From the NCBI GenBank assembly GCA_964626265.1, contig CAZVCG010000006.1:133-64132 (forward strand): a DNA stretch of 64,000 nucleotides, written 5' to 3'. Every line of letters begins with the position of its first letter. Position 1 is the stretch's first letter. The notes under the pieces are model-generated. The model was given only the letters and a program-made list of their open reading frames with translations. It made no database searches and had not been told where the DNA came from. Shown here one piece after another: positions 27,344 through 38,726 of this stretch. The stretch comes from an uncultured Rhodospirillaceae bacterium (GTDB lineage: Bacteria; Pseudomonadota; Alphaproteobacteria; UBA9219). A program made the translations under genes and the position numbers.

Positions 27344-27518
27344 CCTTGAAGGTTATAGGAAATTTCAAGGGCATCAAGCAACCGGAAGGGTGTCTTCATC
27401 AGACTCGGCGCCTTGATGAATCCTCTACCTGAGTCTTCTTTTACGCTTTCATGGGGACTGACGCGCCGTTAGAATCTTTAACGGCGCGAATCACCCACTT
27501 TAACCATCAACTTTTCTC

Positions 27519-28193
27519 ATGCTCGTAAACTTTGAACACGTTCATTTGCGCTATGGCGCGCACAAGCCCGTCCTGACGGACATAAGCTTTACCCTTGAAC
27601 CCGGCTCGTTTCACTTCCTGACAGGGCCGAGCGGCGCGGGCAAATCATCGCTTTTGCGCCTCATCTACATGGCCTGCCGCCCGACGCAGGGCAACATCAC
27701 GCTCTTCGGCAAAGATGCTGCGCATATGCCGCGCGACAAGGTTCCCGCTTTGAGGCGGCGGCTTGGTTTCGTATTTCAGGATTTCCGTTTGATCCCGCAC
27801 CTCACCGCGTTGGAAAACGTCGCCCTGCCCTTGCGGCTGGCGGGCGGCAAGGATGAACAGGTGCGCGGGCACGTGACCGAACTTCTGGAATGGGTCGGGC
27901 TTGGCGAACGTGTTAACGCTTATCCATCCGACATGTCCGGTGGCGAACAGCAACGCGTCGCCATCGCGCGGGCTGTCGTCAACAACCCAAAGCTTCTGTT
28001 GGCCGATGAGCCAACGGGCAACGTCGATACCGAATCGGCAATGAAGCTCCTTCGCCTGTTCGTTGAACTTAATAAGATGGGAACGGCGGTTCTGTTGGCG
28101 ACGCACCAACAAGGCATGGTGGAGCATATGGGTTATCCCGCATTACGCTTAACCAAGGGGCGCCTTCTTGCCCCGATGGCCGAAGCGGCTTAG
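27519..28193 (+). CDS. ftsE: cell division ATP-binding protein FtsE
   Basis: Walker A GPSGAGKSS, ABC signature LSGGEQQRVAIARA, and the adjacent ftsX. Confidence 0.9.
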   Translation: MLVNFEHVHLRYGAHKPVLTDISFTLEPGSFHFLTGPSGAGKSSLLRLIYMACRPTQGNITLFGKDAAHMPRDKVPALRRRLGFVFQDFRLIPHLTALENVALPLRLAGGKDEQVRGHVTELLEWVGLGERVNAYPSDMSGGEQQRVAIARAVVNNPKLLLADEPTGNVDTESAMKLLRLFVELNKMGTAVLLATHQQGMVEHMGYPALRLTKGRLLAPMAEAA

Positions 28194-28204
28194 TCTCCCT
28201 TCCA

Positions 28205-29098
28205 ATGAACGTACCTGCCAATCTTTTTACGTCCGCGTTTCGCGAGCAGCGGTTGGGATTGATGTTCACGGTTCTCGTGGCTGCGCTTGTCTATCTGGCG
28301 TCATTGGCCGTTGCTGCGCAAGGCGGTCTTGCCGTCGTGTCGAGCGGTTGGAGCCGCAACGTCCAGGGCCGCCTGACCGTCGAAGTTCCGTTTCCCGACG
28401 ACGGCAACGCGCAAGCGCACAACGATCACGTCAAGAAAATCACCGCCGCTTTGAAAGCCATGCCTGACGTGACGTCCGTGGCCCCATTGTCTGATTCCGA
28501 GATTGCGAGTTTGCTCAAGCCGTGGTTTATGGAAGGGCCTGTTCTGGCTTCATTGCCCCTGCCCGCCCTGATCGACATCGACTTGAAGAACGTTACGCCC
28601 GCGACGACGCAGGAACTCAGGAAAAAACTGATGCCGATTGACGGCGATGTGCGCATTTCAAGTCGCGCCGAAGGGCTGGATCAACTGATGCGTTTGATCG
28701 ACGGGCTGCGGATCGTGGCTGGCGTGATGATCGCGCTCACGGGCCTGACGCTGGTGATCGCCATAAGTTTGATCTGCCGCGCGGCGATGGCGGTGCAACA
28801 CGACACGATCGAGCTCTTACATTTCATGGGAGCGACGGATTCCGACATCGCCGGACAATTCGTGAATCACGCGCGGCGGTTGTCTCTGCCCGCTGCCTTT
28901 CTGGGGTTTTTAGGCGCGGCGGCGACTTCTGTTCTCCTGTTTTATCTTATGCAAGGATTTTGGGGACTGACGCTGGCGGCGGGTCACAGCTGGTTCGCGC
29001 CGGGAATCGTCATGGCGTTCGTGCCGTTGGCGGCTATAATAGTCGCCCTGGTGACGACACGCGTGTCGGTACTTACTTTCTTGCGCCGGATGCCGTGA
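28205..29098 (+). CDS. ftsX: cell division permease FtsX
   Basis: Four-TM FtsX-like topology with a periplasmic loop, downstream of ftsE. Confidence 0.8.
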   Translation: MNVPANLFTSAFREQRLGLMFTVLVAALVYLASLAVAAQGGLAVVSSGWSRNVQGRLTVEVPFPDDGNAQAHNDHVKKITAALKAMPDVTSVAPLSDSEIASLLKPWFMEGPVLASLPLPALIDIDLKNVTPATTQELRKKLMPIDGDVRISSRAEGLDQLMRLIDGLRIVAGVMIALTGLTLVIAISLICRAAMAVQHDTIELLHFMGATDSDIAGQFVNHARRLSLPAAFLGFLGAAATSVLLFYLMQGFWGLTLAAGHSWFAPGIVMAFVPLAAIIVALVTTRVSVLTFLRRMP

Positions 29099-29712
29099 TG
29101 TTCAGATTTTTGCGTCGATTGACTTTCTTTCTTTGCGGACTCGCCTTCGGCGCGTGGCTGGCGGGATTTTTCATCTACATAGCGCAGGTCAGCACGGCCA
29201 GCGAACCACTTATCGACGCGCACCTGCCCGCGACCGACGCCATCGTCGTGCTCACCGGCGGCAGCGAGCGGATTTCCACCGGCCTCGATCTCTTGAGCGC
29301 GGGCAAAGGCCGCAAGCTTTTGATCTCCGGCGTGCCACAGAACTTGACGTTAATCCACGTTCTCGCCAACCACAACGTATCGCCCGAACTGCGCGAATGT
29401 TGCATCATGCTAGGCCACGATGCCGTCGATACCGTGGGCAACGCGGAAGAAACGAAAACCTGGGTGAAAGCCGAGAACATCCACACGCTTCGCCTTGTCA
29501 CCGCGCACTACCACATGCCGCGAAGCCTTTTGTTGTTCCGCAGAATGCTGCCGGATACGGTCATCACGCCGCACGCCGTCGCACCGAACAGCGTGCCGCT
29601 CGACGGCTGGTGGAAACGTTATGGCACGACAAGTCTTCTGATCACCGAATACAATAAGTACGTCGTCGCTATGCTGCGCGAATGGTGGGAAATGAAACAT
29701 GGGAAAATTTGA
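29098..29712 (+). CDS. DUF218/YdcF-like (ElyC/SanA family) protein
   Basis: N-terminal TM segment then IVVLTGGSERISTGLDLL...LLISGV, a DUF218 signature. Its ATG overlaps the ftsX stop. Confidence 0.65.
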   Translation: MFRFLRRLTFFLCGLAFGAWLAGFFIYIAQVSTASEPLIDAHLPATDAIVVLTGGSERISTGLDLLSAGKGRKLLISGVPQNLTLIHVLANHNVSPELRECCIMLGHDAVDTVGNAEETKTWVKAENIHTLRLVTAHYHMPRSLLLFRRMLPDTVITPHAVAPNSVPLDGWWKRYGTTSLLITEYNKYVVAMLREWWEMKHGKI

Positions 29713-30421
29713 AGTCGTCATCCGCTCTGTCATTTTCAACATCTTTCTTTACTTCTGGATGTTCGTGCCGACGTTCGCGATGCTCTGGATCATTCTGTTG
29801 CCCGACCGCCAGTTTTTCGCGTGCGTAAGGTGGTGGCAATGCCAAGTTGAACGAATGGAACGGCTTATCCTCGGCCTTCGCTATGAAGTCATAGGGCGCG
29901 AGAACATCCCCGAAGGCCCGTGCATCATCGCCTCAAAGCACCAATCGGCATGGGAAACGTTGCGGCTCAACGTGTTGTTTGACGCGCCCGCCATCGTGCT
30001 CAAGCAGGAATTGGTGAAAGTTCCCATATGGGGCTGGTACGGCTGGCGATGCGGCATGATCCCCGTCGACCGGAGCGCCAGCGTCAAAGCCCTTCAACGC
30101 ATGATGAAAGCCGCCAACAAGGCCATAGCCAAAGGCCGCAAGATTTTCATTTTCCCGCAAGGCACGCGCGTCTTGCCCGGCGTGAAAACGCCCTATAAAT
30201 CCGGCACGGCCGCGCTATACAAACAACTCAATCTGCCCGTGGTGCCGATGGCGGTGAACTCGGGCCTTTTCTGGCCGAAAGGCGCATTCATCAAAAAGCC
30301 GGGGACGATCACGATTGAGTTTCTGCCGCCCATTCCGGCGGGCCTGTCTCGCGCTCAATTCATGCGCGAGATCGAAGAAAAGATCGAAACCGCAAGCGAC
30401 AGGCTGGCAGGATTGGTTTAG
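29699..30421 (+). CDS. plsC: 1-acyl-sn-glycerol-3-phosphate acyltransferase
   Basis: H(X4)D-type acyltransferase motif (ASKHQSAWETL) and the FPQGTR motif. Confidence 0.8.
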   Translation: MGKFEVVIRSVIFNIFLYFWMFVPTFAMLWIILLPDRQFFACVRWWQCQVERMERLILGLRYEVIGRENIPEGPCIIASKHQSAWETLRLNVLFDAPAIVLKQELVKVPIWGWYGWRCGMIPVDRSASVKALQRMMKAANKAIAKGRKIFIFPQGTRVLPGVKTPYKSGTAALYKQLNLPVVPMAVNSGLFWPKGAFIKKPGTITIEFLPPIPAGLSRAQFMREIEEKIETASDRLAGLV

Positions 30422-30855
30422 CCCCAAAGATAATCTTCGAATTCGCCGCCTTTTTTCTCGAAGTCGTAGCCGCCGCATGCGCCATCGGGCCGAATTGGCT
30501 TGGCGACCATCATAAAGCCGTCGTCGAATAGAAACGCCGAACGCGCTTTTTGCGCGGCTTTTTTGGCGGCTTTCATCACCGGCCCGCCTTTGAGGCTTTT
30601 AGCCGAACCGCCTCTGGCATCCTTTGATGGTTTTACGGAAGGCGCAAAATCGTCCGGCTTCTTTTCATCCTTGATGGGTCTCCCCTCCAGCGCGTGCCTG
30701 TAGGCATTCGGCGGCGGCTTGAGGGTTTTAATATGGTAATGCGCCTCTGGAGCCACCGCATACTTCACGCCAACCTCATATGCCGTCAAAGACGCGGGCG
30801 CTCGTGGCTGCAATTGCGCATAAAATCCCGTCGAGCGTGAATTAAATTCATTCAT
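30418..30855 (-). CDS. hypothetical protein
   Basis: A 145-aa ORF with no recognised domain, the second gene of a two-gene minus-strand unit. Confidence 0.35.
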   Translation of the reverse strand: MNEFNSRSTGFYAQLQPRAPASLTAYEVGVKYAVAPEAHYHIKTLKPPPNAYRHALEGRPIKDEKKPDDFAPSVKPSKDARGGSAKSLKGGPVMKAAKKAAQKARSAFLFDDGFMMVAKPIRPDGACGGYDFEKKGGEFEDYLWG

Positions 30856-30857
30856 AA

Positions 30858-31319
30858 TTATGGCTCAGGCTCTACCTTGATCCTGTTTCCGGTGAAAGCA
30901 AAAGATGGATACGCGGGTGCGGGGCTCGCCAGAAAAGAACTTATCGCTGCTGCGATCATCACGGCTCCTTTTGCGCCTGGCCCGCCATTCTTTGCGGGGT
31001 CTTTGGGGGCTTCATCCTGCACAGGAGGTTTCTTTTTTGTTGCCGCCTTGTCTTGAACGACATTTTGATAAGCTTCCGCCGGAGGTTTCGGCGTGCTTCT
31101 TTCATAGCGTCTTTCTAAGGAAGGAGCCTCCCTGATTGCGACAATCATCGCCCAATCATGTACACGCCGCCCGTAATCATCTGCAGCCACGACGCGGCCC
31201 GAAGACACGTTCAACAACTCTGCAATGGTGGAGTGTGTTCGATTGAGTGGACCGTAACGGCCTGGCAGTCTTTGCAATCTTTCTTCTTCACGACGGGCAG
31301 CAACACGCATGGTACGCAC
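30858..31319 (-). CDS. hypothetical protein (possible N-terminal HTH)
   Basis: A 153-aa ORF with an AT-rich upstream region. Its function is unknown. Confidence 0.35.
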   Translation of the reverse strand: MRTMRVAARREEERLQRLPGRYGPLNRTHSTIAELLNVSSGRVVAADDYGRRVHDWAMIVAIREAPSLERRYERSTPKPPAEAYQNVVQDKAATKKKPPVQDEAPKDPAKNGGPGAKGAVMIAAAISSFLASPAPAYPSFAFTGNRIKVEPEP

Positions 31320-31413
31320 CCTTTAGGACATTAAATATAGCCTGATGATATAGCGAAACACCCCGCTTGAAAAGCGTGACGATTATTTACTTTAGCTCTT
31401 AATGGTATTGTTT

Positions 31414-31875
31414 TTAGGCCTTTTTGCCGAGCCCCGTTGAGCCAAAGCCGCCTTCACCGCGTTCGGATTCAGGAAGCTTATCAACGGTTTGCCAAGCGAT
31501 CCTCGCGTAAGCCGCGACGACCATCTGGGCGATCCGCATCCCGCGCGTTATGGTAAACGGCTCTTTACCAAGATTGGCGAGAATAACCTGCACTTCGCCG
31601 CGGTAATCGGCGTCGATGGTGCCAGGCGAGTTCAACACCGACAAACCGTTTTTCAACGCAAGGCCGGAACGCGGGCGCACCTGCGCTTCATAGCCTTCTG
31701 GCAAAGCAATTGCCAAACCCGTCGGGATCAATTTCCGTTCGCCCGGCGCGAGAATAACGTCTTCTTTCACCGCCGCGCACAAATCCATCCCCGCCGCGTG
31801 TTCGGTTGCGTACGCGGGAAGCTCCAGCCCTTCGGCGTGAGGCAACTTGGTGATGGCGACGTTTATGCGGGACAT
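31414..31875 (-). CDS. dut: dUTP diphosphatase
   Basis: dUTPase motifs ([27 protein letters not shown]). The ORF track's N-terminal extension to 32019 comes from a repeat element and is rejected. Confidence 0.9.
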   Translation of the reverse strand: MSRINVAITKLPHAEGLELPAYATEHAAGMDLCAAVKEDVILAPGERKLIPTGLAIALPEGYEAQVRPRSGLALKNGLSVLNSPGTIDADYRGEVQVILANLGKEPFTITRGMRIAQMVVAAYARIAWQTVDKLPESERGEGGFGSTGLGKKA

Positions 31876-31894
31876 AGTGTTCCTCAAAAATTCC

Positions 31895-32031
31895 GTGTCA
31901 TTCCCGCGACCGTCTTCGCTAAAGCTCCGGCGCGTCCGCAGGGAAAAGTCGCGCCGAAGCCCGAAGGGCGTATGACTCATATGGCTCGCGGACGCTCGCC
32001 GCTGGATCCCCGTTTGCACGGGAATGACGCA
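31895..32031. repeat. compound palindromic repeat element (GTGTCATTCCCGCG ... CACGGGAATGAC family), copy R1
   Basis: Homologous copies at 35094-35302 (inverted and longer), 63806-63915, 46000-46085 (with compensatory stem changes), 41082-41140 and 32665-32710 (degenerate). Confidence 0.7.
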
Positions 32032-32059
32032 TGTGTGTTTGCGTTTAATTCCGTTCTAA

Positions 32060-32617
32060 CTAAGTGAGACTCAACAGCCTGTTTAACAACAAAGGAAACT
32101 TCGTACAACCCGCCTCAGCGTTGAGGTGGCCGCCATTCGGGATTTCGACCATCTCGGCCCCTGCTTTTTCGGCGATTTTCCTCGGCATCGCCAACGGCAC
32201 ATAGGGATCGTCGTCCCCCGCTATGCAAACGATGTGTTTGGCTCCAGCTTTAACGTCGTTCCAATTCGGCTCTGGACGGATGAACGTCGTGTTAAGTACA
32301 TCGAACATTTCCAACCCCAACTCGTGCATAAATGGGCAAACAGCAAACACGGCCCTGAAGGGAAATGCCGTGCGCTCAGCCAGGCGCAACACAAACGCCG
32401 CGCCAATACTGTGACCGATTAAAATGGTGTCGCCAAGTTTATGATCTTTTAACGCTTCCTTGGCCATAGGATACCAATTGTTCCATGTCTGCCCTTCCGG
32501 CGTAGGAAAAGCGGGAACGTCCGCCGTGTGGCCTTCCTTTTCCAGTTCGGCCTTCAGCCACGGAAACCAGTTTTCCTGCGGATGTCCATAGCTGCCATGA
32601 ACGATAAGGAAGTGCAT
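32060..32617 (-). CDS. YdeN/RBBP9-family serine hydrolase (alpha/beta fold)
   Basis: GHSIG nucleophile elbow, a 185-aa product and family-typical layout. Confidence 0.7.
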   Translation of the reverse strand: MHFLIVHGSYGHPQENWFPWLKAELEKEGHTADVPAFPTPEGQTWNNWYPMAKEALKDHKLGDTILIGHSIGAAFVLRLAERTAFPFRAVFAVCPFMHELGLEMFDVLNTTFIRPEPNWNDVKAGAKHIVCIAGDDDPYVPLAMPRKIAEKAGAEMVEIPNGGHLNAEAGCTKFPLLLNRLLSLT

Positions 32618-32742
32618 TGCGTTATCCCAATATGGTAGCGCGGGGTTGCACCCCCGCGCCTAATCCGTCATTCCCGCAATTCCCCTTCGCGCGGCACGCT
32701 TCGATGACATGATTTTTTATAAAATGCCGAAATCTTCATGCA

Positions 32743-33063
32743 TTAACCTTGCGCCGCTTTCGCTTCGATGGCTTCGCGGGCGTCGGTTTCGGCTTTGAGG
32801 ACGAGGTGGGCGATTTCTTCGGCATCCTGCCATCGGCGGCGCAGGATGTTGAGGTATTCTTCGCGTTCTTGCGGAGTGCGGTTTTGCGTTTCCGGCGCGT
32901 CGAGTCGTTTTTTGTATTGTTCGTAATATTGCTCGGCGCGGTATTCGAAATAGGGAACCAGCTCTTCGATCTCGACCTTGTCGAACTCTTCCAGCGTCAA
33001 CGCCTGCCGCACCAGTTCGGCGGTATAGCCGTCAAATCGCTCGCTAAGTTCGTCAAAGCGCAT
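32743..33063 (-). CDS. hypothetical acidic protein
   Basis: A 106-aa ORF with no recognised domain. Confidence 0.35.
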   Translation of the reverse strand: MRFDELSERFDGYTAELVRQALTLEEFDKVEIEELVPYFEYRAEQYYEQYKKRLDAPETQNRTPQEREEYLNILRRRWQDAEEIAHLVLKAETDAREAIEAKAAQG

Positions 33064-33076
33064 TTAGAAATCCATT

Positions 33077-33292
33077 TCAATGCCTTGTTTGGTAAAGGAC
33101 GCTTTCTCCCATCAATCGGTAAACATTATCGAGCCGTTCTTCTTTCGACATGCCCGAAACCCATTCTTCGCGCACACCCTCGAATTGTTCAAGGGTTTTC
33201 AGAATGGCCATCGCGCTTTCACTGCCAAAACGTTCCACCAAATCCGAGTAACAAAGCGCTTCACCATTGGCCTTATTCAACATGCGCCTCAC
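33077..33292 (-). CDS. hypothetical small protein
   Basis: A 71-aa ORF. Confidence 0.3.
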   Translation of the reverse strand: MRRMLNKANGEALCYSDLVERFGSESAMAILKTLEQFEGVREEWVSGMSKEERLDNVYRLMGESVLYQTRH

Positions 33293-33389
33293 CTATGAAA
33301 TTATTCGCGAAAATATACGCACTCAATGTACTACCTATTTTCAATAATAAATTGCCAAAAATGGGTTGTAAAGAGGGTGTATAACGATT

Positions 33390-33704
33390 TTAAATCGACC
33401 CCGGCCCGAGGGTGATTTTGAGGCCATCGAGTTGTTTTGTAAAAAAGATTTGGCAGGCAAGGCGCGAATTTTCGTTGACGCCGAAAGCGCCGTCCATCAT
33501 GCCGATTTCTTCCTCCGAGGGTTCTGGGATTTTGTCCTTCCAGGCCGGATCGACGTAGATGTGGCACGTGGCGCAGGCACAGGAGCCGCCGCATTGCCCG
33601 AGGATCGGAATGCCGCCTTCACGGATGATCTCCATGATGCTCCACTCTTCGGTGGCTTCCAGTTCGTGGACTTTGCCTTCAATGTCGGTGCAGAAAATTT
33701 TCAT
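33390..33704 (-). CDS. 2Fe-2S ferredoxin (adrenodoxin type)
   Basis: CGGSCACATCH...C cysteine ligand pattern. Confidence 0.85.
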   Translation of the reverse strand: MKIFCTDIEGKVHELEATEEWSIMEIIREGGIPILGQCGGSCACATCHIYVDPAWKDKIPEPSEEEIGMMDGAFGVNENSRLACQIFFTKQLDGLKITLGPGSI

Positions 33705-33710
33705 GATCGT

Positions 33711-34856
<1,146 letters not shown>

Positions 34857-34890
34857 TCACTCTTGCGGAGAACGCCCACTTTCTAAAGAA

Positions 34891-34966
34891 GCCGAAAGCT
34901 TCAACCAAAAGGGCCGAAAGCGCCGAAATCTTCACTCAAATCGCCCCAAAAAGCCGAAATCTTCAC
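34891..34966. promoter_or_regulatory. three direct repeats GCCGAAA(G/T)CTTCA at ~31-bp spacing upstream of the FNR/ferredoxin operon
   Basis: Repeats at 34891-34904, 34923-34936 and 34953-34966, lying 140-220 bp upstream of the minus-strand start codon. Confidence 0.3.
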
Positions 34967-35093
34967 CCGCCTAAAATTTTACGGTTAATAGGAATATATT
35001 CTTTACTTCCGCCCCAATCCGTGCTATTGACAATGCCACGGCCTATTGCGCCCAAGGACGGCGAGAGCCGTTTATCCCAAAAACCTGAACTGC

Positions 35094-35302
35094 GTCATCC
35101 CCGTGCAAACGGGGATCCAGCGGCCCGCGTCTGCGGGCCGTGTGACTCATGCATCGCGTAGACACGCGATGCTGGATTCCCGCTTTCCTCCTACGCCCTT
35201 CGGGCTTCGGCGCAACTTTTCCCTGCGGACGCGCCGGAGCTTTAGCGAAGGCGGTCGCGGGAATGACACAACGCGTGGATGACGCGGGGTGGGAATGACA
35301 CG
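35094..35302. repeat. compound palindromic repeat element, copy R2 (the longest copy, with an internal extra hairpin)
   Basis: It matches R1 in inverted orientation. It generates the spurious ORF 35046-35282. Confidence 0.7.
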
Positions 35303-35323
35303 AAAAAAAAGGACACCAACACC

Positions 35324-36332
35324 ATGAAACAAGAGTTCATCGCCCGCGAGATGCGACACGATCTTGACGAGAATTTGAAGAAACCTGTCCGCGTTGCCGA
35401 CGCGCCAAAGAACGGATGCATACGCGCAACGCGCCTTGCCTTGAACATGTCGACGGCGCAGTTGGGCGCAAGGATGCGACTTACAAGAAACTGCATTATC
35501 AAGAATGAAGGATCCGAAATGCGTGGCGAAATTACGCTAAGTTCCATGCGCCGCGCGGCGGAGGCGATGAAGTGCAGACTGGTTTATTTCTTCGTGCCTG
35601 AGGAAGGCTCACTGGAAAAAACGTATGAAAGCCGCAAGCTTTTCATGGCTCGGGGACAGATCGAAGCCAGAATGGCTCCGGAGAAAATCGACCGGAACAC
35701 GTTGAACGAAATGGCCAAAAAATATGCGCGGGGTTTGCCGCCCGAGGAAGTTTGGAACGTTCTTGCGGACGTGGACGAATTGGCCCCATTGGAGGAGGAC
35801 AGCGCGGAAGCGGAAAAAAAAAGCGCGCAAAACCGACGAGCGCGACGCCATGCGGCAGGAACGCGACAGACAACGCGCCTATAACGAGATACTTCAAGAT
35901 GCAAAGAAGAAATTGAGGGACATTCGCGATAATCAAGCGGCACATAAAAGCGAAGAGAACGCCGACAAAGAGAAAATGGAATTTTTGGATGACTTAGGCA
36001 TGGCGATGACCAACTCCAAATTGATAACGGAGCATTATTTGAAGGCGGTGGAGGAAGGAAGATGCGACCCGTTGCCGGAAGAAGTAGTGAGGCAATCGTT
36101 CGCCAATTGGTCTTTGCGGAATGGCGAACCGATGGAGCGGCAAAACGAGGCGGAAGCTCCTGATTGCGTTTCAGAAGAGAAGAAGGTGAAGTATGTTTGG
36201 CGAACCGATTGCTTTGGCAACGCCTTTAGAGAACCGGCGGGATCGGGCGGAACGTCAAATGTTTGGGGTAATACGGTTATGGACGAAAGCGAATTTGAAA
36301 AGAGCGTGGATGTCAGGGGTGAGGATGGATGA
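35324..36332 (+). pseudogene. HTH-domain protein gene interrupted by a +1/-1 frameshift at an A9 homopolymer (~35812-35820)
   Basis: ORF 35324-35884 (frame 2) and ORF 35724-36332 (frame 0) join seamlessly across GGAAAAAAAAAGC. The N-terminal part contains an XRE-like HTH (NMSTAQLGARMRLTRN). Confidence 0.4.
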
Positions 36333-36379
36333 TTATAGGTGTAATACACTCAATTTGATCTGACATTTTGGTTGTTGTT

Positions 36380-37600
36380 GTGGCATGAAAGCTGTGGGAA
36401 ACGCCTTTTTGCGTTTTCCACAGACTTTCAGGTCTCAGCTGCGATCACAACCTTAACCGTAAAGAGAATGTCAGATGACAAGCATGGAACAGAAAGTAAT
36501 CAAGCCGAAGCTGGGGTTGTTGGAACTCGCCAAACAGCTTGGCAGCGTGTCGCAAGCCTGTAAAGTGATGGGATACTCGCGCGATAGTTTTTACCGTTTC
36601 AAGGAGTTGTATGAGACGGGCGGCGAAGAGGCGCTGATGGACATCAGCAAGAAAAAGCCGATCATGAAGAACCGCGTGCCGGATCATGTCGAACAGGCCG
36701 TGGTCGAATTGGCCATCGCCAACCCGGCGCTTGGGCAGCTGCGGGCCGCGAACGAACTTCAGAAAAAAGGCATCATGATCTCGTCAACCGGCGTACGCTC
36801 GGTCTGGCTGAGGCATGATCTGGAGACGATGAAGAAACGGCTCAAGGGGCTTGAAGCCAAGTCCGCGCAAGACGGCATCCTGCTGACCGAGGAGCAACTC
36901 GCGGCTCTTGAAAAAGCCAAGGAAAAGCGCGAGGCCGCAGGCGAGATCGAGACCGAGCATCCGGGCTATCTCGGCTCTCAGGACACGTACTATGTCGTCA
37001 CGATGAAGGGCGTGGGACGCATTTACCAGCAGACCTTCGTTGATACGTATACGCGTGTGGCGGATGCCAAGCTCTACACCGAGAAAACGGCGATCACCGC
37101 TGCCGACATGCTCAACGACCGCGTGGTACCGTTCTTCGAGGAGCAGGACGTGCCGCTTTTGCGCATCTTGACGGACAGAGGCACCGAGTTCTGCGGCAAG
37201 ATCGAGAACCACGCCTATCAGCTCTATCTGGCTGTGGAAAACATCGACCACAGCCGCACGAAAGCCTACACGCCACAGACCAACGGCATCTGCGAACGCT
37301 TCCATAAAACGCTCAAGAACGAGTTCTATGACACGGCGTTTCGCAAGAAACTTTACACGTCGCTGGAGGAGCTTCAGGCCGATCTTGACCAGTGGCTGAA
37401 GTTCTACAACAATGATCGTCCGCATTCAGGAAAATACTGCTACGGTAAGACGCCGATGCAAACGTTCCTTGATGCCAAACACATTGCACAGGAGAAGAAC
37501 CTTTCTTCTCTTGCGTCACAACAACACTCATCGGACAGCCAAACCCTGGCCGCCTTATGTGTCTGTCAGGTCAAGTGTGGAGTTTTACACTTCATGATTA
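36380..37600 (+). mobile_element. IS481-family insertion sequence (boundaries approximate, terminal IRs not resolved)
   Basis: It contains a single IS481-type transposase gene. The GC content drops sharply at ~37595. Confidence 0.45.
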
Positions 37601-37701
37601 GTGCGCATTCACAACTTGCATTTGCACTATTTGCATATAAGCACGACCAAGATGGTTCTCGATCATTTTATAACATGGTGTCGCTTGTAATGTCACGATA
37701 G
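36475..37701 (+). CDS. IS481-family transposase (HTH plus rve DDE integrase core)
   Basis: N-terminal [23 protein letters not shown] typical of IS481. DDE-core motifs are present ([34 protein letters not shown]). The C-terminal ~40 aa probably read through into flanking DNA. Confidence 0.8.
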   Translation: MTSMEQKVIKPKLGLLELAKQLGSVSQACKVMGYSRDSFYRFKELYETGGEEALMDISKKKPIMKNRVPDHVEQAVVELAIANPALGQLRAANELQKKGIMISSTGVRSVWLRHDLETMKKRLKGLEAKSAQDGILLTEEQLAALEKAKEKREAAGEIETEHPGYLGSQDTYYVVTMKGVGRIYQQTFVDTYTRVADAKLYTEKTAITAADMLNDRVVPFFEEQDVPLLRILTDRGTEFCGKIENHAYQLYLAVENIDHSRTKAYTPQTNGICERFHKTLKNEFYDTAFRKKLYTSLEELQADLDQWLKFYNNDRPHSGKYCYGKTPMQTFLDAKHIAQEKNLSSLASQQHSSDSQTLAALCVCQVKCGVLHFMISAHSQLAFALFAYKHDQDGSRSFYNMVSLVMSR

Positions 37702-38521
37702 AAGCATGATGAACGCTCAACACCAAATCTTGAAGTTTCTGGTCATCCTCCAGTTTAGTTATGTGGCTGCCAAATAACTCCGTCGCCTCTACTAATCCGA
37801 TGTGGCGACCATGGTTTTTCGTAGTCTGTTTTTCAGTTAAGTGATCTATAATTTTTGCAATTTTAATATCAGCTTTTTTATCCCGCTTAAACATTCCAGT
37901 TTTTAGAAACCTTTTTGCCATTTGCTTAGACCAATCAATAGCATTCTCACATTCAGTAATAAACCCCGGTTGAATTTTCCGAAGTATAGGTTCCCACAAC
38001 AATGCGTTTGAAGGATCACTCTTTATTTCTTTTCTAATTCTCTCAAACTCATACAAAAGTCCGTTTGCAGCCATACTGCCAAATTGAGGGTCAATTGGTC
38101 CTATACAAGATTCCTTTCCCATAACAATTTTATTACATGAAAGAGCAATGATTGTTCCTCCTGACATAGCAATCTGAGGAATAATCGCGCGAATGTCTGA
38201 CCCAAATATCGAGCGCAGATAGTCAATGAGAGACTCCGTAGCCGCCATATCGCCGCCCGGCGTATGTAAAAGGAGGTCTAATCCTTTACTTTTGTCTAAT
38301 CGGTGAATAGCAGCCATAAACCCGTTTTTGTCAGCATCTGTTATGCCTAACTGCACAGCAGGTTCATGATTAAGGTGAGGTTTTTGCAACCAGCCCGAGT
38401 AATATATTATGGTATTTCGTTTTGTATATGCTTGAAGGAGTTTCAGATATTTTCTACGGATAACATCGTGCGTACTGCCCGCCGCTTTAGTTTCGTTAAG
38501 TAGTTCTTGCCATGCAACCAT
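37598..38521 (-). CDS. SDH-family (ClpP/crotonase-fold) serine protease
   Basis: [16 protein letters not shown]...[29 protein letters not shown] matches the serine dehydrogenase proteinase family. The gene lies in a low-GC (~40%) islet. Confidence 0.7.
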   Translation of the reverse strand: MVAWQELLNETKAAGSTHDVIRRKYLKLLQAYTKRNTIIYYSGWLQKPHLNHEPAVQLGITDADKNGFMAAIHRLDKSKGLDLLLHTPGGDMAATESLIDYLRSIFGSDIRAIIPQIAMSGGTIIALSCNKIVMGKESCIGPIDPQFGSMAANGLLYEFERIRKEIKSDPSNALLWEPILRKIQPGFITECENAIDWSKQMAKRFLKTGMFKRDKKADIKIAKIIDHLTEKQTTKNHGRHIGLVEATELFGSHITKLEDDQKLQDLVLSVHHASIVTLQATPCYKMIENHLGRAYMQIVQMQVVNAH

Positions 38522-38522
38522 T

Positions 38523-38726
38523 TTACAACGAAGAATTACATGCTGGGTACGAAATGAAAGTTACTTTTCGCACCTCCATGGATTTCATTTTTTCCATCAT
38601 TTCTTTAATGTGCATCATCCTATCGTCTTTCTCGATCAAGGGAGCGCAAAAATCATTGTCATCAACTGCTGCTCCTCTTGTTTTTTTTGCAGGTTTCCGA
38701 CGCTTCATTGCATCTCTCCTTATCAT
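38523..38726 (-). CDS. small basic protein (67 aa), candidate partner of the SDH protease
   Basis: It ends 2 nt before the protease start and has a Lys/Arg-rich N-terminus. An 86-aa hydrophobic ORF on the opposite strand (38512-38772) is an alternative reading. Confidence 0.3.
   Translation of the reverse strand: MIRRDAMKRRKPAKKTRGAAVDDNDFCAPLIEKDDRMMHIKEMMEKMKSMEVRKVTFISYPACNSSL

Noticed and set aside
31876-32019. N-terminal extension of the dut ORF
   Set aside because: The extra 48 codons are translation of repeat element R1. The same peptide appears at 35046-35282. The dUTPase family start MSRINV lies at 31875.
35046-35282. 78-aa ORF
   Set aside because: It is encoded entirely by repeat element R2 and is a near-duplicate of the spurious dut extension.
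36340-37700. Terminal inverted repeats and target-site duplication of the IS481 element
   Set aside because: Only short ambiguous matches were found (TGACATT / TAATGTCAC, CATGAA…). The IS boundaries are therefore approximate.
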